Shown here one piece after another: positions 18,129 through 27,703 of a stretch of 64,000 nucleotides of DNA; the first letter of the stretch is position 1, and each line of letters opens with the position of its first letter. Origin of the DNA: an uncultured archaeon (GTDB lineage Archaea; Asgardarchaeota; Lokiarchaeia; Sigyniarchaeales; SOKP01). The notes beneath the pieces were generated by a model, which saw nothing but the letters and a program-made list of their open reading frames with translations, did not search any database and was not told where the DNA came from. The translations under genes and the position numbers were made by a program. Location: positions 87,032-151,031 of the forward strand of contig CAZBPC010000001.1 of the NCBI GenBank assembly GCA_964493715.1, in the 5' to 3' direction.

Positions 18129-19460
18129 ATGAAAATAAGAAAAAAAAGAGAAAAAAAAGAAAAAACATTTAGCGGGTTTCTGTTAAGACAAGTGCTCTTA
18201 ATTGGAATGCTTTTTATGGGAGATTATCTATTCTTCTTTTTTGAACAAAATTATTTTAATACATACCTAGATCATGTTCTTTACCTCCAGCCACTATATA
18301 TATCGATTATGGTTTCATTATCTGCCACTGTTGGTGCTATTAGTATGCCACTATGGGGGATTATAAGTGATAATTCACGCACAAAATTCGGGCGACGTAG
18401 ACCTTTTTTACTATTTGGGATAATAGCTGGTATTGGCATGATTTTATACAGCTTTGCATATCCTTTATTTGGGAAAACGGAAACAGCTTTTATGTGGTGC
18501 CTAATCATAGATGTTGTAGTTATTGGAATTTCTTCTAACGCCTATCTAGTTGCGGAGAGGGCTTTAATCCCCGACACAATTGAGGTTGAAAAAAGAGGTA
18601 GAGCAAATGGATTAATTAATTCTATAAGTTACATTGGTTTATTGATTGGAGTTGCATTTTTATTGCTGGGGAATGAATTATTTGGAATTCCAGATCCTCG
18701 AGATACTGTTCCTCCAATTGGTACAATTATTACACAAGATGGACATTTCATTCTTCTCTCATTTGGAGGAAGTGTTTTTTTTATTGTTTCTATTGTTGGA
18801 TTTTTCTTCATTAAGGAAAAACACGTTACAGATCTTCCTGTAAAAAAGAAATTTTTCTCGGAATTGAAGGATATATTTAACATAAATGAAGTGAGAAAAG
18901 TAAAGGAATTTTACAAGATCCTCATAGCATTCGTTGTATTTCAATCCGGTATATCCTCAGTAATGCCATATCTTTTTATCTTTATTTTTGCTCAAGGGCT
19001 TAGTACAATGGAATTGCTACTAGGAATAGCTATAGCATTTCCAATCGTTTTCATTGCAACAATATACTTAGGTAAAATTGCAGATAAACATGGAAGAAAG
19101 AAGTATGTACCTTTATCCTTAATAATTGTCAGTATTGGATTCTTTATAATGCCATTTGCGGGAATACTTGCCAGCAAGATCTTATTCATGATTTGCCTAC
19201 CATTTGTTTTAGTTGGAGTATTAGCAATAGTTACACCTCTTAATGCATGGGCTCAAGATTTACTTCCCGAAGAAAAACGTGGAAAATTTACAGGTATCTT
19301 TAACATTGTTAACACACTTTCTCAAATCATCGGTTCGTTTGCAGGGGGGCTCATCTTTATGATATTTGGTCTTTCTTGGATATTCATCGCTGCACCAGTA
19401 TTTTTCTTCCTTTCAATTCCGTTATTCTTAAAGGTAAAAGAAACAGTTAAAAAAGAATAA
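18129..19460 (+). CDS. MFS transporter (GPH/MFS_2-like cation symporter)
   Basis: About 12 TM segments and the signature SDNSRTKFGRRRPFLLFG after TM2. Confidence 0.8.
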   Translation: MKIRKKREKKEKTFSGFLLRQVLLIGMLFMGDYLFFFFEQNYFNTYLDHVLYLQPLYISIMVSLSATVGAISMPLWGIISDNSRTKFGRRRPFLLFGIIAGIGMILYSFAYPLFGKTETAFMWCLIIDVVVIGISSNAYLVAERALIPDTIEVEKRGRANGLINSISYIGLLIGVAFLLLGNELFGIPDPRDTVPPIGTIITQDGHFILLSFGGSVFFIVSIVGFFFIKEKHVTDLPVKKKFFSELKDIFNINEVRKVKEFYKILIAFVVFQSGISSVMPYLFIFIFAQGLSTMELLLGIAIAFPIVFIATIYLGKIADKHGRKKYVPLSLIIVSIGFFIMPFAGILASKILFMICLPFVLVGVLAIVTPLNAWAQDLLPEEKRGKFTGIFNIVNTLSQIIGSFAGGLIFMIFGLSWIFIAAPVFFFLSIPLFLKVKETVKKE

Positions 19461-19617
19461 AATCATTTTTTTATTTTTATTTTTGTATCTATTATCTGAT
19501 GTAATCAATTGGTAAATTTAATAATATTAAAATTGTCATAATCCTAATAAGGAGGGATTTTTTCTATAGAATATTTCAATAGCATTTAAATATTATATTC
19601 TAATAGTTGAAAATAGT

Positions 19618-20709
19618 ATGGCGAATACAATCAAAACAGCTTTAATCGGTATCGGTGATGTTGCAAGCGCTTTAGTACAAGGAATAGAAAATTACAAGAA
19701 AAATCCCGATAAAATCATAGGATTGTTACCTGAAATTAAACAGTATGTAGTGAGTGATATTGAATTTGTTTTAGGTATAGATGTAAACGCTAATAAAGTA
19801 GGGCATGATCTAAGTGAAGCAATATTTTGTGAACCAAATTGCAATCTTGAATTTTATAAACCAAATTTTTTGAATGCACCTATAATTAAGGGCCCCGTTC
19901 TGGATGGGTTAAACAGCAATATAAAAAAAATAATTCCTTTAGATGATAATCAAGTGTTTTCAGATATCGTGCATGAATTAAAAGAAAGGAACGTAGACGT
20001 TGTAGTGATTCTCCTTCCAACAGGGTGTCACGAAGCTGTCAAATATTATGCTAACGCCGCTTTAGAAGCAAATGCTTGTATTATCAATGGCATGCCCTCT
20101 TATGTCGCTAAAGATCCACAGATAGTAGCCAAATCGGAAAAATTGAAACGTTCAATCATTGGAGATGATGTAAAATCTCAAATTGGAGCTACCATCATAC
20201 ACCGTTCATTAGCAAACCTTTTTCCCATGCGTGGAGCAATACTTGATAAAACAATTCAATTAGATTGGGGTGGTTCTTCGGATTTCTGCAATTTACTTAC
20301 TCCAAAACCAGATGGTCAATTAATATATGAAGAAGGAAAACGACAATCAAAAACTGAGTCAGTTATTTCTAGACTACCAAATAGAGATGAGATAGAATGT
20401 CAAATTTCAGCAGTAGATTACATTCCTTTTTTAAAGAATCAAAAGGAAGCATATATGAGATTAGAAGGGAGAATTTTTGGAGGTGCTCCTGTCAGGATTG
20501 ATATTACAATGTTTGTAGAGGATGGAAATAATTCGGCTGGAATAATTGCTGACTGTATTAGAGTTTCAAAAATAGCGAAAGATCGACAAGTAGGTGGTGT
20601 TTTACAATCTGCTTGTTCCTTTTTTAACAAACATCCCCCAGAGCAATTAGAGGATCAGGAAGCTAAGAAAAGATTAATTGAATTTTTACAAGGTGAGAGA
20701 GAAAGATAA
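19618..20709 (+). CDS. ino1: myo-Inositol-3-phosphate synthase (short prokaryotic Ino1 type)
   Basis: N-terminal Rossmann segment ALIGIGDVASALVQG. IGDDVKSQIGATIIHRSLANLFPMRGAILDKTIQLDWGG closely resembles the actinobacterial/archaeal Ino1 core (GDD.KSQ.GAT..HR.L..LF..RG). Confidence 0.9.
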   Translation: MANTIKTALIGIGDVASALVQGIENYKKNPDKIIGLLPEIKQYVVSDIEFVLGIDVNANKVGHDLSEAIFCEPNCNLEFYKPNFLNAPIIKGPVLDGLNSNIKKIIPLDDNQVFSDIVHELKERNVDVVVILLPTGCHEAVKYYANAALEANACIINGMPSYVAKDPQIVAKSEKLKRSIIGDDVKSQIGATIIHRSLANLFPMRGAILDKTIQLDWGGSSDFCNLLTPKPDGQLIYEEGKRQSKTESVISRLPNRDEIECQISAVDYIPFLKNQKEAYMRLEGRIFGGAPVRIDITMFVEDGNNSAGIIADCIRVSKIAKDRQVGGVLQSACSFFNKHPPEQLEDQEAKKRLIEFLQGERER

Positions 20710-20724
20710 CCTAATTCTCTTCTA

Positions 20725-21639
20725 TTATTGACTTTTAACTTTTATTGTTCCCTTAATAAACTGTTCTCTCAATGTAATTATATTGTAAATATGATCTGCT
20801 ATCAAACTAACACTTTCAGGAATGCTTCGAAAACTGGGGAAATCATTAATATCAACAATAAACGGACCATCCTTGGTATTTATAAAATCAACCCCATAAA
20901 TTGTCATGCCTAATTTACGCCCAATTCTTATAAAATTCCTTTTCAAGTTTTCATCAATCGAAGTTCTTATATGCACGAGTTCTAATGGAGATAAATTATC
21001 ATCCTGCTGCAATCGATTATGTGAGGTAATTGAAACTATCCATTGTCCTATTACGTATGCTTTATTCACAATATCATAGGCTCCGAGATATTCTTGCAAA
21101 AACAATTCACTCTCATCATGATTATTTATCAAAGCTGCGAGATCTTCTTTAGTCTTAGCTATTCCTATAATTCGTTCATTTTTAGGTAAATTCGGAATAT
21201 TATGAGCGTCTAATTTGATAATAATTGCGTTTCCATTTTTTAATGTATGATTTGCTTTTTGGATTGTATTGTATGTCTTTGGAATGTTAACTTTCTTACA
21301 ATTTTCTGCAATAAATTGAAATGTTGCATTCCTGCTTTCGCAAATTTTAACTGAATCCAATGAATTTAGAATGGGTAGATTGGGGGATACTTGTTTTATG
21401 GTATCATAGACAAGTTTATTTTCTATTTGAGTTGTAAGTTTCACGATTAAAAAAACAATGGGATACTTTTTCAAGCGTTTCTCAAAATATTTCGGATTAA
21501 AAGAATTCAATCCCGTTTTCATAAAATCGATCAGAGCAATATTATAGTTTTTGATTAAAAATGATTTGATATTTGCTAAGACCTCAATATCTCGATTGCA
21601 AATGGCCCCTATGTACACTTTTTTTAAATTATTTGCCAT
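20725..21639 (-). CDS. ATP-grasp kinase, ITPK1-like paralog
   Basis: LQEYLGAYDIVNKAYVIGQWIV and LGMTIYGVDFINTKDGPFIVDINDFPSFRSIPE, the same C-terminal signature as 17121..18014. Confidence 0.65.
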   Translation of the reverse strand: MANNLKKVYIGAICNRDIEVLANIKSFLIKNYNIALIDFMKTGLNSFNPKYFEKRLKKYPIVFLIVKLTTQIENKLVYDTIKQVSPNLPILNSLDSVKICESRNATFQFIAENCKKVNIPKTYNTIQKANHTLKNGNAIIIKLDAHNIPNLPKNERIIGIAKTKEDLAALINNHDESELFLQEYLGAYDIVNKAYVIGQWIVSITSHNRLQQDDNLSPLELVHIRTSIDENLKRNFIRIGRKLGMTIYGVDFINTKDGPFIVDINDFPSFRSIPESVSLIADHIYNIITLREQFIKGTIKVKSQ

Positions 21640-21889
21640 TTGAACAAAACCCTTACAGTTTAAGTTTTATTATACTAAACATAGTATATAAATATACCTT
21701 AACGTTTTCTTTATGATTTCTTCAAGAAACCTTCCTTTTTAGAATAGTGTAAGTCTAACAAGATTTTGAGAAATGCTAATAAACCTTTTTTTTTATTTCA
21801 CCTATATTTATTTAAATTCTAGGGATTTATTAATAAATAGAATTAAGAAAAAGCAAGGTATTAAATTATAAGAATTTGGGATTAATTTT

Positions 21890-22708
21890 TTGATAACGCT
21901 TGGATTAATTATTGATGAATATCATTTGGAAAAAAAGGCCTTAGAATTCATGAAATACATGCAAGATAAAGCTAAAATTAATCTCTATGTTGAAGAAAGA
22001 TACTTACTTGACTTTTCAAATGTGAATTTTAAAGAAGATATATTTGTTGTTAAAGCAAAAGGGGATTTGGTTATAAATCTTGCGAAGCTAATAGATCGTG
22101 AAACCCACATTCCAATAATCAACTCACCGATGAGTATTTGGCTATGTTATAATAGATTTCTAAATAGCACACTATTAAAGAAAATTGGTATCAGAGTTCC
22201 AGATTTTTCCTTGAATCCTATTGGAGTAGAACCTCCTTTTAAGAATTACATTGTTAAAAATATTCGAGATCAACGAAATTATGCCTTCACTCCTTTAATC
22301 AAAGAGGAAGAGGGATTAATTAATGTTCAAGATGAAAGAGCTTTAATAGAAGCTCAAGGAGGAAAAGAAAATTATCAATATTTATATTATCAACAATTCA
22401 TAAAAAGTGAATGGGAATATAAAGTATATTGTATAGGAGAGGATCTTTTTTTCTATAAACAAATCCCTGTTTTAATCAATCCAGATAAGATGAAATCGAG
22501 AAAAGAGATCAAAGAAATACCAGAACTAAGTGAGATAGCCTTCAAGGCACTAAAAGCTGTGGGTTTAAAAATTGCTTCCATAGATTTTCTTCAATCTGAA
22601 AATGGAGAATTTTACCTTACCGATATCAATTCCTCTCCAAATTTTGATTATATTCAGAATGGTGCCAAAAAAGTTGGTGATTACTTGATTAGAATGGCTA
22701 AAGTTTAA
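21890..22708 (+). CDS. ATP-grasp family protein (ITPK1/RimK-like; subfamily uncertain)
   Basis: YQQFIKSEWEYKVYCIGEDLFF and VGLKIASIDFLQSENGEFYLTDINSSPNFDYI. TTG start. Confidence 0.55.
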   Translation: MITLGLIIDEYHLEKKALEFMKYMQDKAKINLYVEERYLLDFSNVNFKEDIFVVKAKGDLVINLAKLIDRETHIPIINSPMSIWLCYNRFLNSTLLKKIGIRVPDFSLNPIGVEPPFKNYIVKNIRDQRNYAFTPLIKEEEGLINVQDERALIEAQGGKENYQYLYYQQFIKSEWEYKVYCIGEDLFFYKQIPVLINPDKMKSRKEIKEIPELSEIAFKALKAVGLKIASIDFLQSENGEFYLTDINSSPNFDYIQNGAKKVGDYLIRMAKV

Positions 22709-22727
22709 ATTATGAGGTAAATATAAT

Positions 22728-23504
22728 TTGAAGATCGGAATTTTATCGAAGCGTAATAAAATGTTTACTGCTAAAATGAAGAAATATTTGGAATCAGAAG
22801 GTCATATTGTTGAATTATATACTTTAGAGAATTTAAACATAAATCAGTCTCTCCTAAAGAATGATTTTTACATACTGAAGTCTAAACACATGTTTTTCCT
22901 ATATGCGGGTTATTTTTTAGATGGAAATAGGATCCCTGTAATACCAAATGTAAATCTTTCTTATAAACATAAAAATCGTATTGAAGCTCATTACTTGATA
23001 AAACAAGCAGGATTATTAGGACCAAATATTTATATGGGCATGAATGATATATTAAAAGCCAAATTAAAGAAACAAGATTATCCTTTCATTCAAAAACCAT
23101 TAATGGGTTCTGGAAGTGCAGGTATTAAACTCATTTCAAGTTCCAAGGATTTAAAATCCAAGGATGGTGGGGTTATTTATTTAGAAAAATTTATTCAAGG
23201 AATTCATTATCTTTCTTATTTCATAGGAGACAAAGTATGTGTCTTTGAAAAACTTCCCTTATCAAATGAACACTCACAAGTAAAAGCTATAGAGAAGACT
23301 CAAGATCTAATAGATATCACTTTACAATGGAAGAATTATTATAACATGCTGTTTGGTCATTTAGATATAGTAAGAGATGAAAAAACAAACAAATTGCATG
23401 TTGTAGATCCTGGACCCTTTCCTGAATTTTCTCATTGGGATTGCAGTGTAAATCCTGTAAAAGAGGTGTGTCAATTGATCTTAAACGAATATGCTAAGTT
23501 ATAA
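22728..23504 (+). CDS. ATP-grasp family protein (divergent; subfamily uncertain)
   Basis: PFIQKPLMGSGSAGIKLI, LEKFIQGIHYLSYFIGDKVCVF and FGHLDIVRDEKTNKLHVVDPGPFPEF. TTG start preceded by GAGGT. Confidence 0.5.
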   Translation: MKIGILSKRNKMFTAKMKKYLESEGHIVELYTLENLNINQSLLKNDFYILKSKHMFFLYAGYFLDGNRIPVIPNVNLSYKHKNRIEAHYLIKQAGLLGPNIYMGMNDILKAKLKKQDYPFIQKPLMGSGSAGIKLISSSKDLKSKDGGVIYLEKFIQGIHYLSYFIGDKVCVFEKLPLSNEHSQVKAIEKTQDLIDITLQWKNYYNMLFGHLDIVRDEKTNKLHVVDPGPFPEFSHWDCSVNPVKEVCQLILNEYAKL

Positions 23505-23543
23505 AGAATTAAATTAATAGTTAAAAGGATGTGGCTTGCTTAA

Positions 23544-24656
23544 TTATTCTCCTTTTTCTAACTCATCTTGTTCTTTTTCAAATTCTCCCACCTTCTGTTC
23601 AAGTGAGTCCATTGTTGTCGAAGGCAAGGGCATTTTTTCATAAATTTCAATAAATTTCACATTATTGATCTCATCTGCCATGTTTGACTGTAGATCCATA
23701 GCTAAACCAAATTTCACGTAAGTCAGATTTTGAAATAAAAACATCTTTGGAATATTAATTTCAAGATCTTTACTATTAGAGTCATAAGATAAGGTAAATT
23801 CAGATACATTTTCTTTGGGAATACCCTTAGAAATCATAAAGTATTCAATCTTATCATTGAAATCCTCAATTAAATCAATTACTTCTACATTATAATCAAT
23901 GCTTTGTCCTGCTAATGGATGATTATAGTCAACTACAACCTTCCCTTGATCTACTCTTATTACGGTACCGCGTTGTCCCGTTCCCTTTTTTACGAAATCT
24001 TGCCCATATTCGGGATTTTTTCCATCGTTTAATTTTCTGAACTTGTTAATTCCTATACGTTCAATTTTTTGTGGATCTCTTTTTCCAAATGCTTTAATTG
24101 GGGGAATTCTTACGGATTTTTTCTCAAAAAAATTTAATTTTTCCACAGTTTCAGTAAGACCTTCATTTAAAAAACCGGGTTTTCCAACAATAACAAATTC
24201 AGGTGTATAATAACCCTGCTTTGCTTTTTCCTCTTCATAGATTCCTGATTTCTTTGCATCATCTTCAGATGAAACTCGAAAAATCGTTCCTTTTTGAGTT
24301 TTCCCAGTAATTTTTACTAATACAAAATCCCCCTTCGCAACCTTTCTGCCTTCTAATTTTTTACGCTTTGCTTCTAATTTCGCCATTTGTTCTTCAATTG
24401 CTTTTTTATCATCTATTTGATCCACTGAGGTGTCTAATTGAGACGGTTCATCATCAGTTCCTTCTTTACTAATGCTTTCGAGTAAATTTTTAGCGTTTTC
24501 TATATACTTTTCAGCAGAAGCTTTCCCGATTCCCTTTAATTCCGATAAAATTTCAACATTCGAAGCTGCAAGTTTTTCTACTGAATCAATTCCAGCTTCT
24601 ACGAGAACATCAGCTTTTTTACCTAAACCTTTTACGTCTTCTAACTTAACGCTCAT
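23544..24656 (-). CDS. FKBP-type peptidyl-prolyl isomerase with N-terminal helix-hairpin-helix module
   Basis: N-terminus LEDVKGLGKKADVLVEAGIDSVEKLAASNVEILSELKGIGKASAEKYIENAK (HhH x2). FKBP core KGDFVLVKITGKTQKGTIF...FVIVGKPGFLNEGL...KAFGKRDP, and the SlyD-like end VVVDYNHPLAGQSIDYNVEVIDL. Confidence 0.75.
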   Translation of the reverse strand: MSVKLEDVKGLGKKADVLVEAGIDSVEKLAASNVEILSELKGIGKASAEKYIENAKNLLESISKEGTDDEPSQLDTSVDQIDDKKAIEEQMAKLEAKRKKLEGRKVAKGDFVLVKITGKTQKGTIFRVSSEDDAKKSGIYEEEKAKQGYYTPEFVIVGKPGFLNEGLTETVEKLNFFEKKSVRIPPIKAFGKRDPQKIERIGINKFRKLNDGKNPEYGQDFVKKGTGQRGTVIRVDQGKVVVDYNHPLAGQSIDYNVEVIDLIEDFNDKIEYFMISKGIPKENVSEFTLSYDSNSKDLEINIPKMFLFQNLTYVKFGLAMDLQSNMADEINNVKFIEIYEKMPLPSTTMDSLEQKVGEFEKEQDELEKGE

Positions 24657-24770
24657 TACAACTCAAATCCTTATTCAAAAATACGCGATAAAATTAATAA
24701 ATAGATGAACAATGAAGTGTTCGATTGTTTTTAGACTTTTCTAATTTAGAATTTTTAATAAAAACATTTT

Positions 24771-25880
24771 TCATGATACTGGTTTATAGAGAACATTCAA
24801 ATCTTCAGCATAACGTCTAACTTCTAATAATTCTTGAGTAGTGGGTCTACGATTAATTTCAGAATGTTTATAAGCCAAATATTCTGGCCTGTATTGACCC
24901 ATAATGTTTACAACGCATTTCGGAATCTCTCTTGCTATATAATCTAATATTGGCTTCGAGCAGCATTCCACGTGATTAGGCATGACTAGGTGTCGAATTA
25001 TTATTTCTCTACTTCCATAATCGTGAATTCGTTTTAAATTACGGGTTAGGATATCATAATATTTTTCTACTCCCGAATATTTTTTAGCACATTCATTATT
25101 ACCATATTTAAAATCAGGGAGCCAAAAATCAATGAAATCGATTATGAGAGCTAAAGATTTCACGGTTAAATAAAAATTCGAATTCCATAGCTGAGTAATG
25201 TTGGATCGTTGAAAATTTAGGCTTCCGATTATCGTGTGAATATTTGGAATCGGATCACCTCCTACATAGTTGATGTTTATCGCACCCTTGTTTACTAGAT
25301 TCTCTGCTAAATTTGCTAAGTCTTCGACAGATACTCTCTTTGATACATCTTCAATTGATTTAGATTTCCATGATTGAGAGATATCATAATTTTGGCAAAA
25401 AACACACCCGAAATTGCATCCTTGAAAGAAAATCGTACCGCTTGGAATCAATGGTGCTTCTTCTCCCATGTGCAAAAAAGCAGATGAAACGAATGAATCT
25501 CTTGTAATTTGACAATAACCTTTCTCATTATTTAATCTATTAGCTTTGCATTGCCGTTCACAAAAGTTACAAGCCTCCAGATATCTCTCTGCAAGCGTTT
25601 CAGCTAATGTTAAGTAATTTTTTGGAAAAATTTGACGATCTTTTAAATTTTCAACAGGTTCTTTTAATAATTTGTTGAAGTCTACAGATAAGCTTTCTAA
25701 AATTTCCTCAAGTTCTTCAGTTGAACTATCGGTATTAAAATCGCATTGAACACTTTTCGCAATCAAGTAACGAGCAATTTCATTATTATCGATAATGCCA
25801 CGATACCTTGAAAAACGTTGGAATATTTCTTGATATTTCCATACTTTTTCAGAATCAGATTTGAGTATCTTAAAAACCAT
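24771..25880 (-). CDS. Radical SAM enzyme, PflX-like (pyruvate formate-lyase activase homolog)
   Basis: CNFCERQC...GYCQ...HMGEEAPLIPSGTIFFQGCNFGCVFCQNYDIS contains the CxxxCxxC radical SAM cluster with the upstream auxiliary Cys motif. Confidence 0.8.
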   Translation of the reverse strand: MVFKILKSDSEKVWKYQEIFQRFSRYRGIIDNNEIARYLIAKSVQCDFNTDSSTEELEEILESLSVDFNKLLKEPVENLKDRQIFPKNYLTLAETLAERYLEACNFCERQCKANRLNNEKGYCQITRDSFVSSAFLHMGEEAPLIPSGTIFFQGCNFGCVFCQNYDISQSWKSKSIEDVSKRVSVEDLANLAENLVNKGAININYVGGDPIPNIHTIIGSLNFQRSNITQLWNSNFYLTVKSLALIIDFIDFWLPDFKYGNNECAKKYSGVEKYYDILTRNLKRIHDYGSREIIIRHLVMPNHVECCSKPILDYIAREIPKCVVNIMGQYRPEYLAYKHSEINRRPTTQELLEVRRYAEDLNVLYKPVS

Positions 25881-25947
25881 AATTTATACTAATGTAATGT
25901 ATGAAGGGATTTTTATAACAATTTTCTTTAAAAAAAGGGGAATTCAT

Positions 25948-26679
25948 TTAGGTCTCAAATGTCAACCAGCTAATTATATTTTGAAGAAACTTCAAATTAT
26001 CTCCCGCATCAATCCCGAAATCAGAGTCTTCAAGTAAGAATTCAGAAGAACCAACTGTCACGCATCTTCCTGAAAAAAAGTCAGATACAGCACAAACAGG
26101 TACTGGTCCGATTACCCCGATCTCTCCATCTTCAGAATACTTAAATTCTGCTTTTTCAGAAGTCACAATGATATCCTCCACGTCTTCTTCAGAGATAGTA
26201 AAAAAAGTGCAGTTTGGTAGAACTACTTCAGTTATTCCACTGGTTATGGGATGATTATAAAGTTCATTAGCTATTATATTACTTCGATTTACTAAGAAAT
26301 GTGAACCAGATTCCTGAATAGCGCCATTCCAAAACCGTCTTACTCCTGTCATTTTATATAAGACTCGAATTGACCCCTTTTTCATGGGAATGTCCATGTC
26401 TCCACCTTCGCCACTTGTTAATAAAAGTGCTCCACCTTCTCCTACGTACTTTTTTATTGCTAGTAACTCATCTTGAGTGAATTTATCTGCTTTTCCCTCG
26501 GGAGTGTGTTGAACGTTTCCAATGAATAAGAGATCATAATCCTCAAGAGTTTCAAAATCAATAGGTCCTTCATTCTTATCTATATAATCGATATCATAAT
26601 CTTCCTCACCTAACGCGAACTCTGGCCACTCTTCCACTCGTTCTCGATGTGAAAGGTCGATTAAAATACTATCACTCAT
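25948..26679 (-). CDS. Hypothetical acidic protein (possibly glutamine-amidotransferase-like / DUF4350-like fold)
   Basis: DYDLLFIGNV...LLAIKKYVGEGGALLLTSGEGG ... GDNLKFLQNIISWL resembles the layout of GldG/DUF4350-type proteins. The match is weak. Confidence 0.3.
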   Translation of the reverse strand: MSDSILIDLSHRERVEEWPEFALGEEDYDIDYIDKNEGPIDFETLEDYDLLFIGNVQHTPEGKADKFTQDELLAIKKYVGEGGALLLTSGEGGDMDIPMKKGSIRVLYKMTGVRRFWNGAIQESGSHFLVNRSNIIANELYNHPITSGITEVVLPNCTFFTISEEDVEDIIVTSEKAEFKYSEDGEIGVIGPVPVCAVSDFFSGRCVTVGSSEFLLEDSDFGIDAGDNLKFLQNIISWLTFET

Positions 26680-26892
26680 TTTACTTGTACCCCACTTTGT
26701 TAAAAGTTTCGTTTAATTGAAGATATCTATAGTTTTAATAGTTGTCGATGCGATATTCTAAACAATTTAAATATGTAATAAGTAATTTCTTTTTAAATTT
26801 TACGTTAAATCAATATTTCAAAATCTTTGCTTTTAAAGTTTCTTCTTGTGAATAAACGTGATTGATAAAATAAGATGAAGAATTAATTTTTT

Positions 26893-27576
26893 TTATTCAC
26901 TTATAGGAATGAATATTCTTTCCGCTGGACCATCCTTTTTGATGATAGCGATATCTATTCCATTTCCAGACGCCATATCTCTAATAATTGACGATGATAT
27001 AGCTTTAATAATGATTTCTTTCCCTTCTTCAATAGTTAAATCATCTTTATATTTTGCTTCTAACACTCCATATGAAAAGTTCTGCCCAGAACCCACAGCA
27101 ACAAATTTATCGGGTAAAATGGATCCATAAGCGCCGATATCTAAAAGTACGGGTCCTTCTTCTTCAGTAACTCCGCCTAATATGAGTCCAACTTGATAGG
27201 GGTACATCTTGTTCTTATATAAGATATTCGATAAAATTTTACCCGCGCTTTTAACCTTAATTCTACTCTCTTTTTTGAGTTGATATAGCGTTGTTTCAGC
27301 TCGCAATACATCAATCAAGTACTGAGCATCAGCTACCCCCCCTGCTATGGTCATGTAGATATGTTCTTGGATTTTATGCAGTTTTTCGGAAGTTTTACTA
27401 GCTACAAAATAAGACATTGTAGCTCTTTTATCCGTACCTAAAATTACTGCATCCTTACATACCAATCCAACAGTAGTTGTCCCCGTTTTAAATGACTGTG
27501 ATTGAGGATTTGATTTTTCCAATCTCTCTTGAACTAATGAAGATTGAGAGGGTTCGATTAAATCTTCCTTTCTCAT
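26893..27576 (-). CDS. psmB: Proteasome subunit beta
   Basis: A propeptide followed by the active-site TTTVGLVCKDAVILGTDKRAT, with the Ntn-hydrolase pattern throughout. Confidence 0.95.
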   Translation of the reverse strand: MRKEDLIEPSQSSLVQERLEKSNPQSQSFKTGTTTVGLVCKDAVILGTDKRATMSYFVASKTSEKLHKIQEHIYMTIAGGVADAQYLIDVLRAETTLYQLKKESRIKVKSAGKILSNILYKNKMYPYQVGLILGGVTEEEGPVLLDIGAYGSILPDKFVAVGSGQNFSYGVLEAKYKDDLTIEEGKEIIIKAISSSIIRDMASGNGIDIAIIKKDGPAERIFIPISE

Positions 27577-27703
27577 AAGAAAAAGTAAAGAAATCTGATA
27601 TTAATAATTTTTTATTGTATATTATAGATGATTTCTTAAAAAATTGGATAAAATTCTTGATTACTTGATTTCTAATAAAGTAAAAATTAATTAAAAAAGT
27701 AAA

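Noticed and set aside
19618-20709. Inositol-3-phosphate synthase as part of a di-myo-inositol-phosphate compatible-solute or inositol-lipid pathway
   Set aside because: No IPCT/DIPPS (CTP:inositol-phosphate cytidylyltransferase or CDP-alcohol phosphatidyltransferase) or AIP synthase gene lies in the neighbourhood, and the neighbours are ATP-grasp kinases instead. This is not excluded genome-wide.
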